Numbered from the stretch's first letter, positions 1 to 14,000 are shown. The stretch: DNA of 64,000 nt from Rhizophagus irregularis (GCF_026210795.1 NC_089429.1:248001-312000); one strand, 5' to 3'. The notes: generated from the sequence alone by a model not told the origin. Numbers and translations: made by a program.

Positions 1-194
1 ATTTCTTCTAATTTAGTCTGACCATACATTTTAAGGCCATTAACATTAAAGGAAGAAATATTAAATGAATTGGGGATAGGGGAAGTGTTACTGGAAGAGG
101 AAAATAACGATTCATGCGAAAAAATTTCAGTAACATTGTCAGGGTTGGGAGGGTTTCGTACAAAGGTATCATAATTAAAATTATTGTCCGACAT
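1..194 (-). CDS. LINE ORF2 N-terminus (APE endonuclease start), copy A, truncated by window edge
   Basis: MSDNNFNYDTF...SFNVNGLKMYGQTKLEE, the same as the ORF2 start at 42444. Confidence 0.85.
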   Translation of the reverse strand, partial: MSDNNFNYDTFVRNPPNPDNVTEIFSHESLFSSSSNTSPIPNSFNISSFNVNGLKMYGQTKLEE

Positions 195-244
195 TAAAAC
201 ACAATGATATAAACAGTCGGGGAGTTAAAATTTGAAGAAAGAGA

Positions 245-2370
245 TTAATTGGAAGAAGCTGAATCAGCTTGTTCCAGGGGAGCACCACCAAGGGAGCCAA
301 TGAATTGCTTGATATGACCAGTAAGTTGGTCCAATTTACTTTCAATAGCGACACGACTATTTTTGAGATCATTAATTTCTTCTTGTGTGGAGGAGATGGG
401 AGTAAAAGGAGGAGCATTTGGAGAAAGGTGAGAAGAAGGAGGTGATGTGTCAGGGAACAATAGTGAATGTAGGCGAAGGTCGCGTTAAAATACTTTTGGG
501 AGGCGGCGAAGATTTAGCGGAAGACAGAATATTAAGAGGAACATGAGTTACAGGGGCATCTTCTTGCATGAGGTCCGGTTCAGGTTCATTGGGTATAGGG
601 AGTGGATCAAGGCCAAGGTGTGATTCAATACGAGTCATCCGTTGGTCAGCAAGTTCAAGAGCGGAGATGCGTTTGTGAAAGTTAGCAACTTCACATTGTA
701 ATTCTCGTAAAAGGTTTAGAATGTTGTTAGCATCATCAGGAGATAATGCAGAGTTAGGAGTTTGTCGGGGTAAGGGACGTGCTGTAGAACGAGAGGAGGA
801 AGAAAAGGAGACAGATCGTTCTTTACTATTATGGCGGGCACGTTGAGAAGTATTGGGAGGGGGTTTGTTGTGATTACTATTATCATTATTAGTGCGGTCT
901 TGGGAAGCGTTATTGGCTCGTCTAGAATTGGAAGCAGATCGATCTTTAAATTTGGAGCGAGATCGAGAGCGAGAACGTGCATTGGCAATATTAGGATTGG
1001 AGCGAGGTTGATTAACATTGAATCGTTCTTTGAGTTTTGCAACAGGGTCGCGAGTGCGGCTTCTACCTCTGGTTTGTTTGAGTGGGCAAAAATTAGGAGC
1101 ACAACCTAGTTTGCCACATCTGTGACAAAGTTTATTAGTATTATCGGGGGAGGACCAGAAAAGCACTTTGCCTTGGAAGCTAACAGTCTGTTCCATAGCA
1201 GCATCCATGGTTTCTTGGGAGTTGAAGGTGACATAGGCCCATCTTTTGGGTTTGTAGGAATTTAAAGAAAGAGGAACATTGACAGCTTTTGCACCAAGTT
1301 CGCGTGTAAGAGGAGCCAAGTTGATATCCTTAACATTGGGAGGAAGTTGAGTGAGGGTGGCAACGTATTGACGGCGCGCAGCCTTTTGATCCACAGTATA
1401 GAAACATGGAGTAATTCGGAGACAGGTGGAGAAACAGTAAACAGCCCATTGGTCGGTAAAATGAGCAATTGAATCAGCGTGATCATACACAATATGGGCT
1501 TGTTGGACTTTAGCATTAGGCCTGGAGAAGAGGCGACAAGAGGTAATATTACCAAATTTTTTGAAATAGGCCATGAGGTTGTCCTTTTTGATAAAGAAAG
1601 GGATATCGGTAACTTGGATAGCCCGGAGATCTTCATTGGATCAGAGTTGGCGAGGGTCATGGGCATGAAAAATCAAGTCGGGGAACTCAGGATGAGAGGA
1701 ACCAACGCACAGATCGCGTGCTTCAGCGGTATGGAAGTGGATAACGAGGCGTTTAGCCTCACCAGAACCTGTCATACGAGCTTTTCCAGTGAATGACTCG
1801 TACGTTTCTAAGAAAAGGTTATTCACAGCCTCAATAAGGGCTTTATTGGTAGGGAATTTCTTGAGAGATTCAGGGGCAGCATTCGGCGCAGCCGCAGCCT
1901 GAAAATCATTTCTGGTTATGGCAAGGGTCACCACTGGATCTGGGGTTTCGATCACCATCAGGAGCACCATTAGTATCCAAATTGGGCGACGCGTTAGGGG
2001 GTTGTTGCAAGTCTTTGTTTGAAGGTGCATGCATGGACGCGTCCACATTTCCAGAAGACGCGACGTGACTGGGCGCAGTTGGCGCAGCAGATTTTTTCGG
2101 GGAGGAGGTCGAAGTATTTTCGCCAGAGATATTTTGTTGAGGAGAAGAGGAAAGTCCATCTACTCCAACGTCAGCCGTCTGGGCATCGGCAACGTAGTCT
2201 TCTTCCATAGAATTTTCGGTAATCGTACGATTACGTTTCTGCTGGACAGTGTTTTCACCATCAGAGCTTGAGTTATCGGAGTTATTATTATTTTTTCGTT
2301 CTTGACGGGAAGCTTTCCTACTATTAGGGTTATGACTTCTACGGCCTCTCTTGGCATAGTTACCAGACAT
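245..2370 (-). CDS. LINE ORF1 (gag-like: RRM-like domains, Cx2Cx4Cx4C knuckle, RS-rich region, coiled coil), split by indels
   Basis: Track ORFs 1906-2370, 450-1574 and 245-460 join. Motifs: FKKFGNITSCRL, WAYVTFNSQE (RNP1-like), CHRCGKLGCAPNFC, RSRSRSRS. Confidence 0.85.
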
Positions 2371-2789
2371 AGTAGAGGGCTTTGAGTTGAGAATATATAA
2401 AATATAAAATTTTATTAGTAGTTTGTATTATTTTTTAAAAATAATAAAAAATATTTTTCGTCGAAAATTTCGTTTTTGAAAAATTCAGGAGAGAGTTACT
2501 AGTCAAAAACTACTGGTCAAAAACCAGGCAAACGTGGCATAGTAGCCTTTATCTTTATTAAATTTATTCGAACTTTACAATTTACAAAAAAAAAATAAAA
2601 AGAAAATATAAAAATAAGACTAACTAAAAACAAAGCTATATAGTCTCCTAAGAAAAAATAAAGTAAAAAAAAATTAATCTAAAAAAAGAAAAATCGCATT
2701 ACACTAAATTTCCCCAGATCTTCCCCTTGATATATTCCAGACTAAAAGTAGAAGCAACTATGCTAACAAAATAACGAATAGCGCGCCCA

Positions 2790-5700
2790 CTATAGAAATC
2801 GACACTCCATCCTGCAAAAGCTGTTATTAAGTAGCACCGTTAGACGACCCATAAAACCCGAAAAGTGATTAAACCAAGGCAAACCATATTTCATCGAGTT
2901 CTTCAACCAATCGGTTCCGGAGTCACGTGAAACGTGTAGGGTCGGAGGTGGTAAAGATGAGTAAGGTATGTACGTTGACAATGGCAAATTAGAAGGCTTC
3001 GGAGTAGTTTTCAACTTATAAGTAATATTCATCGCGTTTTCCCATCTACTTTTCTCATAAGAACGCGGATTCCAAATTCATTTTCTGAATTTTTGGACAA
3101 AATTATTATGAATAGCAGCGATAACCTTAATCGCAGAGATTCTTGGAATAGACAAATCGACTAAGATGTCAATAAAAAGTGTAGGTAAACAACCACGGAC
3201 AAGGGCGTATGAGGACCAATTTGTAGAAGAAAAGGACCAGCATGAAAGAGAAGTGAGTTTAGCAATAAAGGGAGTAGGATCAATATTAGCCAATTTTCCA
3301 GCTTCTTGAATTTTAGAAATCAAATGATTTTGATAAGATTGGAGAATTTGTTGCATAGGTAGACGACGTTTTTTGCACATAAAAAGGTGCATCAGGTCTT
3401 CCATGCGATCGATACAAGAACGGCAAGTTAATTCGTCCATGTATAAGTCTGGTCGAGTCCGCTTAAGCTTTTCCAATGTGGGTAAGTCGTCCAAGAAAAG
3501 TTTGAATTTAAAGGTTAAGTGTCTTGAAGCATGCTCAAGAGTAAAAGATGCATCATGAGAAGGCTTGAAATTCAAGGTAAACCAAGTAAGTTCCCAGTCG
3601 ACAATATATTCTATATTAGATAATAATAAAGAAATAAAGTGAAATCGCGTTAAATTTAACAAATCACGCATTAACTGCGTTTGATAATACTGTTTAAGAA
3701 GGTGTCGTAGATTAGATTCACAAACGGCGTCATTGTCGTAAGTCAAGACGAAATCATGGGCAGCAAGGTCCATTCCAGAAATCAAAATACTGGATGATGC
3801 GGTATGGGCAGTATTGGCCAGAGAGTCAGCAAAATCGTTCAAATAATTGCCAGAATGAGCTTTAACTTTAACAGGAAGAACTGTCAAATTCTTGGTAAGG
3901 ATAGTTCGTTCAATAATGGCCCAAAGCTCAAAATTTGTTGTTTTGTAGTAAAGACGGCTATTTGAGTAGACATAGGAAGAGCAACTTCGAAGGCCATCAA
4001 TGGCAGTTTGCGAGTCAGTATAAATAGTAACTTCTGAGTCGTGAGGAGAAATAGTTAAAACTGCGTAAATAGCGGCAGCTTCAGCACGAGAAGAAGAAGG
4101 ATTATCTCGAATGATGCCATGTGCATAAGTAGCAATGGAATTAGGAAAACCAGCATCAGGTACGATTTGCATCCAAGACCAGCCCATAGAAACATTAGGA
4201 GTGCCTAGATTAATAAGAGACCCATCAGTGAAAAAGATATAACGTGAGTCTGAAGACACAACCAACGGCGAATTTGCAAAAACAGCAGCAGCTGAAGATT
4301 CAATAGTGATAAGAGGAGCGGAAACTTCAACAATATCGTCAGGAGGAGAGTCAAAGTCAAAATCCAATCGACTGTAATAAAGACGGACACCATCTTCTAT
4401 ATCAGCCCAGGTAAAAGGAGAGGATACTACAGAAGTATTACGTCTAATGCGCTCATTGATGGTGGGCAGAATAAGCGAATGTTGTAGAAAAACCGTAGGC
4501 GTACAAAGGGTTAAATCAGCATTCCGTTTTTTGGAAGGAGGCAAAGGAGTATGAGCAGCACAACCAGGGCAAGGAGAGAGTCTAATGAGATCACCAGGCG
4601 AAGATTCACAATCAGGAAGAGACCCAGTGAACAATAGAACAAGTACCACGACTTGCTTGAACTAAAAGTTGTTTGCCAAAGATGGGAGAACCGTAGTCGT
4701 CTAACGTGACAATCCAATTTTTCGTAGTGGTAGGAGAGGACAGGCAAGGAGTCAATTCATAAAATGAAGAGTCAATCGTAGGCGTAGTAATGAACTGGGT
4801 CAGCAAACGATTGTTGGTGTCAGGAATGGTAGTAGCTTGCTGGATATCTTTATACCAATAAGGGATACAGCCAGGGCCACGTCGTCCAACCAAATTGTCA
4901 TAGTAGGCTTTCCAAGAAATTAAATGAGTCCCTTGGGGAGTAGCAAGCTGAGATAGATAAAACAAATGCCGTTTGCGCAAAATAGGGAAATAGGCTTTAA
5001 ACGCTTTAGGTATCGTGCATTCAAATAGGGAACGCGTCCATCCATCAAAGTCGAGTTCGGAAGCTTCGAAAGTTGAGTATGAAGCAAACGAAAAGGAGTA
5101 GAGGATAAGAGAGCAATAGTGCATGCGATATAATCTTTCTTAAAAGAAAAAGAGAAGACCATATAGACCAATCCTTAATTAAAAGGGGAGAAATAGGAAT
5201 TAAAAAATTATATTGAATCAAACTCAATCTATAAATAAAAAGAGATTGAATAAAAGAAAAGGAAGAATTAGCCATTAAAAATAAATTAGTAATATGACAT
5301 TGTCGTTGATGAGCAAATAAATTTATCAAGCCCAAGGCTTGAGATAAAAATAAAATGGGATTTGGTAAAGAGCGAGAAAAATTTGCTTTGTGCTTTACAA
5401 CAGATCGTATACTTCTCATTATTAGGTGGCAGTCAGATTCAGACAAGTGAGTAACTTGCATCCGGTATTCAAGTTTCGGTATAAGGACAGCATTATGTAA
5501 ATAAACAACTTGTTTGGATGAGAGCTTTGCAGGGCGGATGGTTGCAGCGAAGGAGCAGCATTCACGTTTGAGTTGTTTCTGACAAAATCCCGGGAGCTTT
5601 TAATGTTAAACCAAACACCTAAAAAACGAAAAGAAGTTGTCATAGAAATTGGGGTAATGGTAATGGAAGGAACACTATTTAATGAGGATAAATCTAAATT

Positions 5701-8410
5701 AAAAGTAATAGGAGATAAAGTGGAATTCGAAGTCAAAGGCAACGAATTAGTAATTAACACATATTTGTTATGATTGGCAGAAGTGTTATTAATTTGATAG
5801 AATTCTTCTGTAATGGATAACATAAATTCCATGCCAGTCTTCGACGAGGAAATAAGAGTAGAGTCATCCATAAATACTAAATTATTAATCTTCAAATCGG
5901 AAGAAGGATTGGGAGAATCAATTAAGGATGGTGTAGAAAGAACATAAGGGTCCATCATTTCATGCTTCAAGACAGTAAGTAAGGGATCAATATAAATAAC
6001 CCATAAGAGAGGAGAAATAACTTCGCCTTGGTCAATACCAATGCGAACCCTATAAGCAGGCGTGGATCCATGAGCAGTGAAAACGCTATTAATGCGTTTG
6101 TGAAAAGAAAAGGGAAAGAATAAACTTAATAGCAGAAGCTGGAAGACGTATTCGTTCTAAAGCGAAATGTAACATTGTCAAATCAACCGAGTCAAAAGCT
6201 TTAGAAATGTCTTGAGAGAGAATCCAAAGTGGGTTTTTGTTGACATCAGCATCATGGATAATAGATTCTAGAGTAATAATAGGGTCGCGGCAAGAACCAC
6301 CAGGAAAGACCAGCGAAGTTACCACCTTTAAGAACATCATGTGTAGCCATAATAGTAGAAAGGCGATTATAAAAGAGTTTGACAAGAGATTTTCTAATCA
6401 CTTCAAGTAAAGTAATAGGACGAGTATTTTTCAATTGACATTTCCATTCGTGAGGTTTGGGAATGGGAAAAACTATTGCCTGTCGCCATAAGTCAATATC
6501 AGCTTTGGAAAGGCAAGCTTGAATTAAAATAAGGAGTAGAGCCGAGAACGAGATCCAAGGTGTTTGAGCATTTCATAAGTGATCATGGAAGGACCTGAGG
6601 CTTTACCGTTAGGAGTAGAAGAAACGGTGGTTAACCATTCGTCAAGAGGTAGTGGGGGATTCATTAAAGAATCATAGATGGAGGAAGGCACATCATCCAT
6701 AGGTTGGTAAACAGAAGACCATCTATCAGGTAATGTATCTACAGATACAGGAGGAGTGGATTTTATAGGTACAAAGTTTTGGAAATGGTTAACAACAGCA
6801 TCGTCTATATCCTTGGGAGCAGTTAATAACTGAGGGCGAGTGGGATGATCAACAAAGACACGATCCAAAGTGATACGGCGGCAGGTGCGAGAAAGCGCTG
6901 AATCAATGAAAGAGGAAAGGTCAGTTTCAAAATTATTGTATCTATCGTCCAAATGAGCACGAATGGAGGAATCTTGGAATTCTTTTTCTTGAAGTAAATG
7001 AAATCCCCGTAAGGATTTTGAAATATTGGATAAATCATCAAGAAGTGACTTAAAATCATTTTGTCGACATGATGAGAGAGAAGAGGGCAAAGTAGGAACG
7101 AAAGTAAATACATTCTTATATAATTGCAAAATGTTTTGAAGTCTAATTAAATGAATAGACCACTTATGTTCATGAGCGGCAGAATAAGTTAAAGGATATT
7201 TGCGCAATAAACGTATTGAATGCATAAGGCGATTTAAAAACCGATAATGTTGGGTTAAAATTTCCAGATCTTTAGGAACCTTAGGAGTATAATTATTGCC
7301 AACAGTGGAAGAAGGTAGTGTAGCGTTGGCAGCTTTAAGAATTCGTGATTGGAGATATTCGCACATTTGATTGATATGCCAGGAGGAAAAGGTTGAAGGT
7401 GAGACGTCACATAAAGCATCAGCTTTATCAGCAAATTCCGTCCATTGAATTTCAGTTACAGAATCAAATTTGAAGACGCGACGGGTTCGGCGCTTAAGTT
7501 GTCGAGCGCGAGCCAATTTGGTAGAAGCAAAAAGTAAAGACATATCATAGTATGTTATGACGGGGTTATGATCAGATGTGCAAACATCTTGAGCATTAAA
7601 AATGCAAGCAGTAAGAGCAAATCCTTTGAGAAGAGGGCAGGACCATACATAATCAACTCGAGTAATGTGGTCATTGCGATGAAAGGTACCTAAAGAGTCG
7701 GAAAGATTAATAGGAGTATAGTGCGTATAGCGTGAGAGAGATGAAAAAATAATCGGTGAATATGTTTTGAAGCAACTTGAGGTTGATTGAAATAAATAGG
7801 GTAATATTTGTCTAAATGCATATTAAAATCGCCACAAACAGCATGGTAAAAGCCAGCATGTTTAGTGAGGGTAAGTTGTTGAATGAGCAAATCAATAGTA
7901 TCAGTGCGCAGAACACTTTCAGCAGGGGGAGGGATATAAATAACAAATATACGCAATTTAATATTGCCTTTGAAATATAAATCAACAGAAAGTAACCGTG
8001 AAGAATGGGATTTAAAATCTTGAACATGTGAAGCAAGGGAATTTTCTATAAAAGAGAAACACCACCAGAAGAGAGAATTTGTTTAGAAGTATCCAAATTA
8101 GAAGAGAACACAGTATAATTAGAAATACGTTTGGATAAAAACTTCATTTGTTTAGGGTGAAGATGGGTATCACGATACCACCAAAGGAAATATGTTTTAA
8201 GGAAAAGAAAGTAGAAATTTCTTCTAATTTAGTCTGACCATACATTTTAAGGCCATTAACATTAAAGGAAGAAATATTAAATGAATTGGGGATAGGGGAA
8301 GTGTTACTGGAAGAGGAAAATAACGATTCATGCGAAAAAATTTCAGTAACGTTGTCGGGGTTGGGAGGGTTTCGTACAAAGGTATCATAATTAAAATTAT
8401 TGTCTGACAT
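2790..8410 (-). pseudogene. LINE ORF2 (APE-RT-RNase H-Zn finger), fragmented by indels and a stop
   Basis: Fragments carry GDFN, RPITLLE, QDISKAFDSV, FMDD, FTDGS, YTDSQ, KVKAHSGNYLNDFADSLA and CRSC...HLFMC. Confidence 0.9.
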
Positions 8411-8460
8411 TAAAACACAATGATATAAACAGTCGGGGAGTTAAAATTTGAAGAAAGAAA

Positions 8461-10578
8461 TTAATTGGAAGAAGCTGAATCAGCTTGTTCCAGGAGCACC
8501 ACCAAGGGAGCCAATGAATTGCTTGATATGACCAGTAAGTTGGTCCAATTTACTTTCAATAGCGACACGACTATTTTTGAGATCATTAATTTCTTCTTGT
8601 GTGGAGGAGATGGGAGTAAAAGGAGGAGCATTTGGAGAAAGGTGAGAAGAAGGAGGTGATGTGTCGGGAACAATAGTGAATGTAGGCGAAGGTCGCGTTA
8701 AAATACTTTTGGGAGGCGGCGAAGATTTAGCGGAAGACAGAATATTAAGAGGAACATGAGTTACAGGGGCATCTTCTTGCATGAGGTCGGTTCAGGTTCA
8801 TTGGGTATAGGGAGTGGATCGAGGCAAGGTGTGATTCAATACGAGTCATCCGTTGGTCAGCAAGTTCAAGAGCGGAGATGCGTTTGTGAAAGTTAGCAAC
8901 TTCACATTGTAATTCTCGTAAAAGGTTTAGAATGTTGTTAGCATCATCAGGAGATAATGCAGAGTTAGGAGTTTGTCGGGGTAAGGGACGTGCTGTAGAA
9001 CGAGAGGAGGAAGAAAAGGAGACAGATCGTTCTTTACTATTATGGCGGGCACGTTGAGAAGTATTGGGAGGAGGTTTGTTATGATTACTATTATCATTAT
9101 TAGTGCGGTCATGGGAAGCGTTATTGGCTCATCCAGAATTGGAAGCAGATCGATCTCTAGATTTGGAACGAGATCGAGAGCGAGAACGTGCATTGACAGT
9201 ATTAGAATTGAAACGACGAGGTTGATTAACGTTAAATCGTTCTTTGAGTTTTGCAACAGGGTCGCGAGTGCGACTTCTACCTCTGGTTTGTTTGAGTGGG
9301 CAAAAATTGGGAGCACAACCTAATTTGCCACATACGTGACAAAAGTTTATTAGTATTATCGGGGGAGGACCAGAAAAGCACTTTGCCTTGGAAGCTGACA
9401 GTCTGTTCCATAGCAGCATCCAGCGGAGTCTCTTGGGAGTTGAAGGTGACATAGGCCCATCTTTTAGGTTTGTAGGAATTTAAAGAAAGCGGGACATTGA
9501 CAGCCTTTGCGCCAAGGTTACGTGTAAGAGGAGCCAAGTTGATATCCTTAACATTGGGGGGAAGTTGAGTGAGGGTAGCAACGTATTGACGGCGCGCAGC
9601 CTTTTGATCCACAGTATAGAAACATGGAGTAATTCTAAGACAGGTGGAGAAACAGTATATAGCCCATTGATCGGTAAAACGAGCAATTGAATCGGCGTGA
9701 TCATAAACAATACGGGCTTGCTGGACTTTGGCATTAGGCCTGGAGAAGAGGCGGCAAGAGGTAATATTACCAAATTTTTTGAAATAGGCCATGAGGTTAT
9801 CCTTTTTGATAAAAAGAGGGATATCTTTAACTTGGATAGCCCGGAGATCTTCATTGGATCGGAGTTGGCGAGGGTCATGAGCATGAAAGATCAAGTCAGG
9901 GAACTCGGGATGAGTGGAACCAACGCACAAGTCGCGTGCTTCAGGCGGTATGGAAGTGGATAACGAGGCGTTTAGCCTCACCAGAACCAGTCATACGAGC
10001 TTTTCCAGTGAATGACTCGTATGTTTCTAAAAGGTTATTCACAGCCTCAATAAGGGCTTTATTGGTAGGGAATTTCTTGAGAGATTCGGGGACACGGCGC
10101 AGCGGCAGCTGAAAATCATCTCGGCCATGGCGAGGAATTGTACTGGATCCTGGAGTACGATCGCCATCTGGAGCACCATTGGTATCCAAATTAGGCGACG
10201 CGTTAGGGGGTTGTTGTAAGTCTTTGTTCGAAGGTGCATGCATGGACGCGTCCACATTTCCAGAAGACGCGACGTGACTGGGCGCAGTTGGCGCAGCAGA
10301 TTTTTTCGGGGAGGAGGTCAAAGTATTTTCGCCAGAGATATTTTGTTGAGGAGAAGAGGAAGGTCCATCTACTCCAACGTCAGCCGTCCGGGTATCGGCA
10401 ACGTAGTCTTCTTCCATAGAATTTTCAGTAATCGTACGATTACGTTTCTGCTCAGATAGTGTTTTCACCGGCGGAGCAGATTATCGGAGTTATTATTATT
10501 TTTTCGTTCTTGACGGGAAGCTTTCCTACTGTTAGGGTTATGACTTCCACGGCCTCTCTTGGCATAGTTACCAGACAT
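8461..10578 (-). pseudogene. LINE ORF1 of copy B, frameshifted
   Basis: Homologous to ORF1 of copies A and D. ATG at 10578, stop at 8461. Confidence 0.85.
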
Positions 10579-10716
10579 AGTAGAGGGCTTTGAGTTGGGA
10601 ATATATAAAATATAAAATTTTATTAGTAGCTTGTATTATTTTTTAAAAATAATAAAAAATTATTTTCGTCAGAAATTTTCGTTTTTGAAAAATTCAGGAG
10701 AGAGTTACTGGTCACT

Positions 10717-11009
10717 ACTGGTCAAAAACCAATATATCGGGTAGCAGATATGTATCAGATATGTACCCGATATGTGTAGTATTAATGCAGAAAATCGGGT
10801 ACCCGATATGTGTAAGATATATGTAAATATATATATCGTCTACATATTATTTACATATCATATACATATCGGTACCTGATATGTATATGATATATATATT
10901 TACATATATCTTACACATATCGGGTACCCGATTTTCTGCATTAATACTACACATATCGGGTACATATCTGATACATATCTGCTACCCGATATATTGGTTT
11001 TTGACCAGT
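10717..11009. mobile_element. 293-bp palindromic MITE (CACTA/EnSpm-type non-autonomous element), copy 1
   Basis: Near-perfect inverted arms ACTGGTCAAAAACCAATATATCGGGTAGCAG...CTGCTACCCGATATATTGGTTTTTGACCAGT, with repeated ACCCGATATG subterminal motifs. The second copy is at 39807-40099, where the composite ends show CACTG/CACTA and a 3-bp TSD. Confidence 0.85.
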
Positions 11010-14000
11010 CCCTCTCCTCAAAGGATATGCCCTTACTGCTTGCATTTTTAATGCTCAAGACATTTGCACATCTGATCATAACCCTGTCATCACATATTAT
11101 GATATGTCTTTACTTTATGCCTCTACTAAATTGGCTCGTGCTCGACAACTTAAACGCCAAACCCGCCGCGTCTTCAAATTTGATTCTGTAACTGATATCC
11201 AATGGACGGAATTCGCTGATAAAACTGATGCTTTATGTGATGTTTCACCTTCAACCTTTTCCTCCTGGCATATCAATCAAATGTGCGAATACCTTCAATC
11301 ACGAATCCTCAAAGCTGCCAACGCTACTTTACCTTCTTCTATTGTTGGCAACAATTATACTCCTAAGGTCCCTAAAGATCTGGAAATTTTAATTCAACAT
11401 TATCAATTTTTAAATCGCCTAATGCATTCGATACGTCTATTGCGCAAATATCCTTCAACTTATTCTGTTGTTCATGAACATAAGTGGTCTATACATTTGC
11501 ATAGAATTCACAACATTTTTCAATTATATAAGAAAGTTTTTACTTTCATCCCTATTTTGCCCTCTTCTCTTTCATTGTGTCGCCAAGACAATTTCAAGTC
11601 ACTTCTTGATGATTTATCTAATATTTCGAAATCCTTACGGGGATTTCACTTACTTCAAGAAAAAGAATTTCAAGACTCCTCTATTCGTGCTCATTTAGAC
11701 GATAGAAATAATAATTTTGAGACTGACCTTTCCTCTTTTATCGATTCAGCGCTTTCTCGCACTCGTCGCTGTATCACTTTGGATCGTGTCTTCCTCGACC
11801 ATCCTACTCGACCTCAGTTATTAACTGATCCTAAGGACGTACATGATGCTGTTGTTAACCATTTCCAAAACTTTGTCCCTATAAAGTCCACTCCTCCCGT
11901 ATCCATCGATACATTACCTGATAGATGGTCTTCTGCCTACCAACCTATGGATGATGTGTCCTCCTCCATCTATGATTCTTTAATGAATCCCCCACCCTTG
12001 ACGAATGGTTATCCACCGTCTCTTTCACTCCTAACGGTAAAGCCTCTGGTCCTTCCATGATTACCTATGAAATGCTTAAACACCTTGAAACCCGTACCTC
12101 GGCTCTGCTCCTCATATTAATTCAAACATGCCTCTCCAATGCTGATATTCCTGACTTATGGCGACTAGCAATGGTTTTTCCTATTCCTAAACCTCACGAA
12201 TGGAAATGTCAATTAAAAAATACTCGCCCTATTACCTTACTTGAAGTGATTAGGAAATCTCTTGTCAAACTTTTCTATAATCGCCTGTCTACTATTATGG
12301 CTTCACATGATGTTCTAAAAGGTGGTAACTTCGCTGGTCTTCCTGGTGGTTCTTGCCGCGACCCTATCATTACTCTAGAATCTATTATCCATGATGCTGA
12401 TATCAACAAAAACCCGCTTTGGATTCTTTCCCAAGATATCTCTAAAGCTTTTGTTTCGGTCGATCTGACAATGTTACGTTTTGCTTTAGAGCGTATACGT
12501 CTTCCTGCTTCCGCTGTTAAGTTTATCTTATCGCTTTTCATGAAACACATTAATCGCGTTTTCACCGCTCATGGATCTACACCTGCTTATAGGGTTCGCA
12601 TTGGTATTGACCAAGGCGAAGTTATCTCTCCTCTTTTATGGGTTATTTATATTGATCCTTTACTTACTGTTTTGAAAAATGAAATGATAGACCCTTATGT
12701 TCTTTCTACATCATCTTTGATCGATTCTCCAAATTCTTCTCCTGATTTGAAGATTAATAATTTAGTATTTATGGATGACTCCACTCTTATTTCCTTGTCA
12801 AAAGCTGGCATGGAATTTATGTTATCCATTACAGAAGAATTTTACCATATTAATAACACTTCTGCCAATCATAATAAATATGTGTTAATTACTAATTCGT
12901 TGCCTTTGACTTCGAATTCCACTTTATCCCCTATTACTTTTAATTTGGATTTATCCTCTCTAAATAGTGTTCCTTCTATTACTATTACCCCAATTCCCAT
13001 GACAACTTCTTTTTGATTTTTAGGTGTCTGGTTCAACATTAAATGCTCCCGGGATTTTGTCAAAAAGCAACTCAAACGTGAATGCTGCTTATTTGCAGCG
13101 ACTATTCACCCCGCAAAGCTCTCTTCCAAACAAGTTGTGTATTTACATAATGCTGTCCTTATACCGAAACTTGAATACCGGATGCAAGTTACTCACTTAT
13201 CTGAATCTGACTGTCACCTAATAACGAGAAGTATACGATCTGTAGTAAAGCATAAAGCAAATTTTTCCCGTTCTTTACCCAATCCCATTCTATTTTTATC
13301 TCAAGCCTTGGGCTTGATTAATTTGTTTGCTCATCAACGACAATGTCATATTACTAATTTATTTTTAATGGCTAATTCTTCTTCTTCATTTATTCAATCT
13401 CTTTTTATTTATAGATTGAGTTTAATTCAATATAATTTTTTGATTCCTAATTCTCCTCTTTTAATTAAAGATTGGTCTATATGGTCTTCTCTATTTTCTT
13501 TTAAGAAAGATTATATCGCATGCACTATTGCTCTTTTGTCTTCTACTCCTTTTCGTTTGCTTCACACTTAACTATCGAAGCTTCCGAATTTGTCCTTAAT
13601 GGATGGACGCGTTCCTTTATTTGAATGCATGACGCCTAAAGCCTTTAAAGCCTATTTTCCCATCTTACGTAAACGACAACTGTTTTATTTATCTCAGCTT
13701 GTTACTCCCTAAGGAACTCATTTAATTTCCTGGAAGGCTTACTATGATAATTTGGTTGGACGACGTGGCCCTGGCCGTATCCCTTATTGGTACCAAGATA
13801 TTCAACATGTTACCACTATTCCAGACTCCAATAATCGTTTGCTGGATCAGTTCAATTTTACGCTTACGATTGACTCTTCCTTTTATGATTTGACTCCTTG
13901 TTTATCTTCTCCTTCTACTACAAAAAATTGGATTGTCACGTTGGACGATTATGGTTCTCCCATTTTTGGCAAACAACTTTTAGTCCAAGTTAGTCGTGGT

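Larger units (their letters stand above)
1..2511 (-). mobile_element. Non-LTR retrotransposon copy A (5' portion; runs off the left window edge)
   Basis: Near-identical to the 5' part of copy D (about 40126-42640). Contains the 5' UTR, ORF1 and the start of ORF2. Its 5' end abuts the 15-bp target copy ACTGGTCAAAAACCA at 2512-2526. Confidence 0.93.
2527..10716 (-). mobile_element. Full-length non-LTR retrotransposon copy B (~8.2 kb)
   Basis: 5' UTR-ORF1-ORF2-3' UTR. Flanked by the direct repeat ACTGGTCAAAAACCA at 2512-2526 and 10717-10731. Confidence 0.95.

Noticed and set aside
716..2357. Alternative-frame and antisense ORFs overlapping ORF1 (recurring in copies B and D)
   Set aside because: They recur only because the copies are near-identical. 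There is no independent coding evidence.
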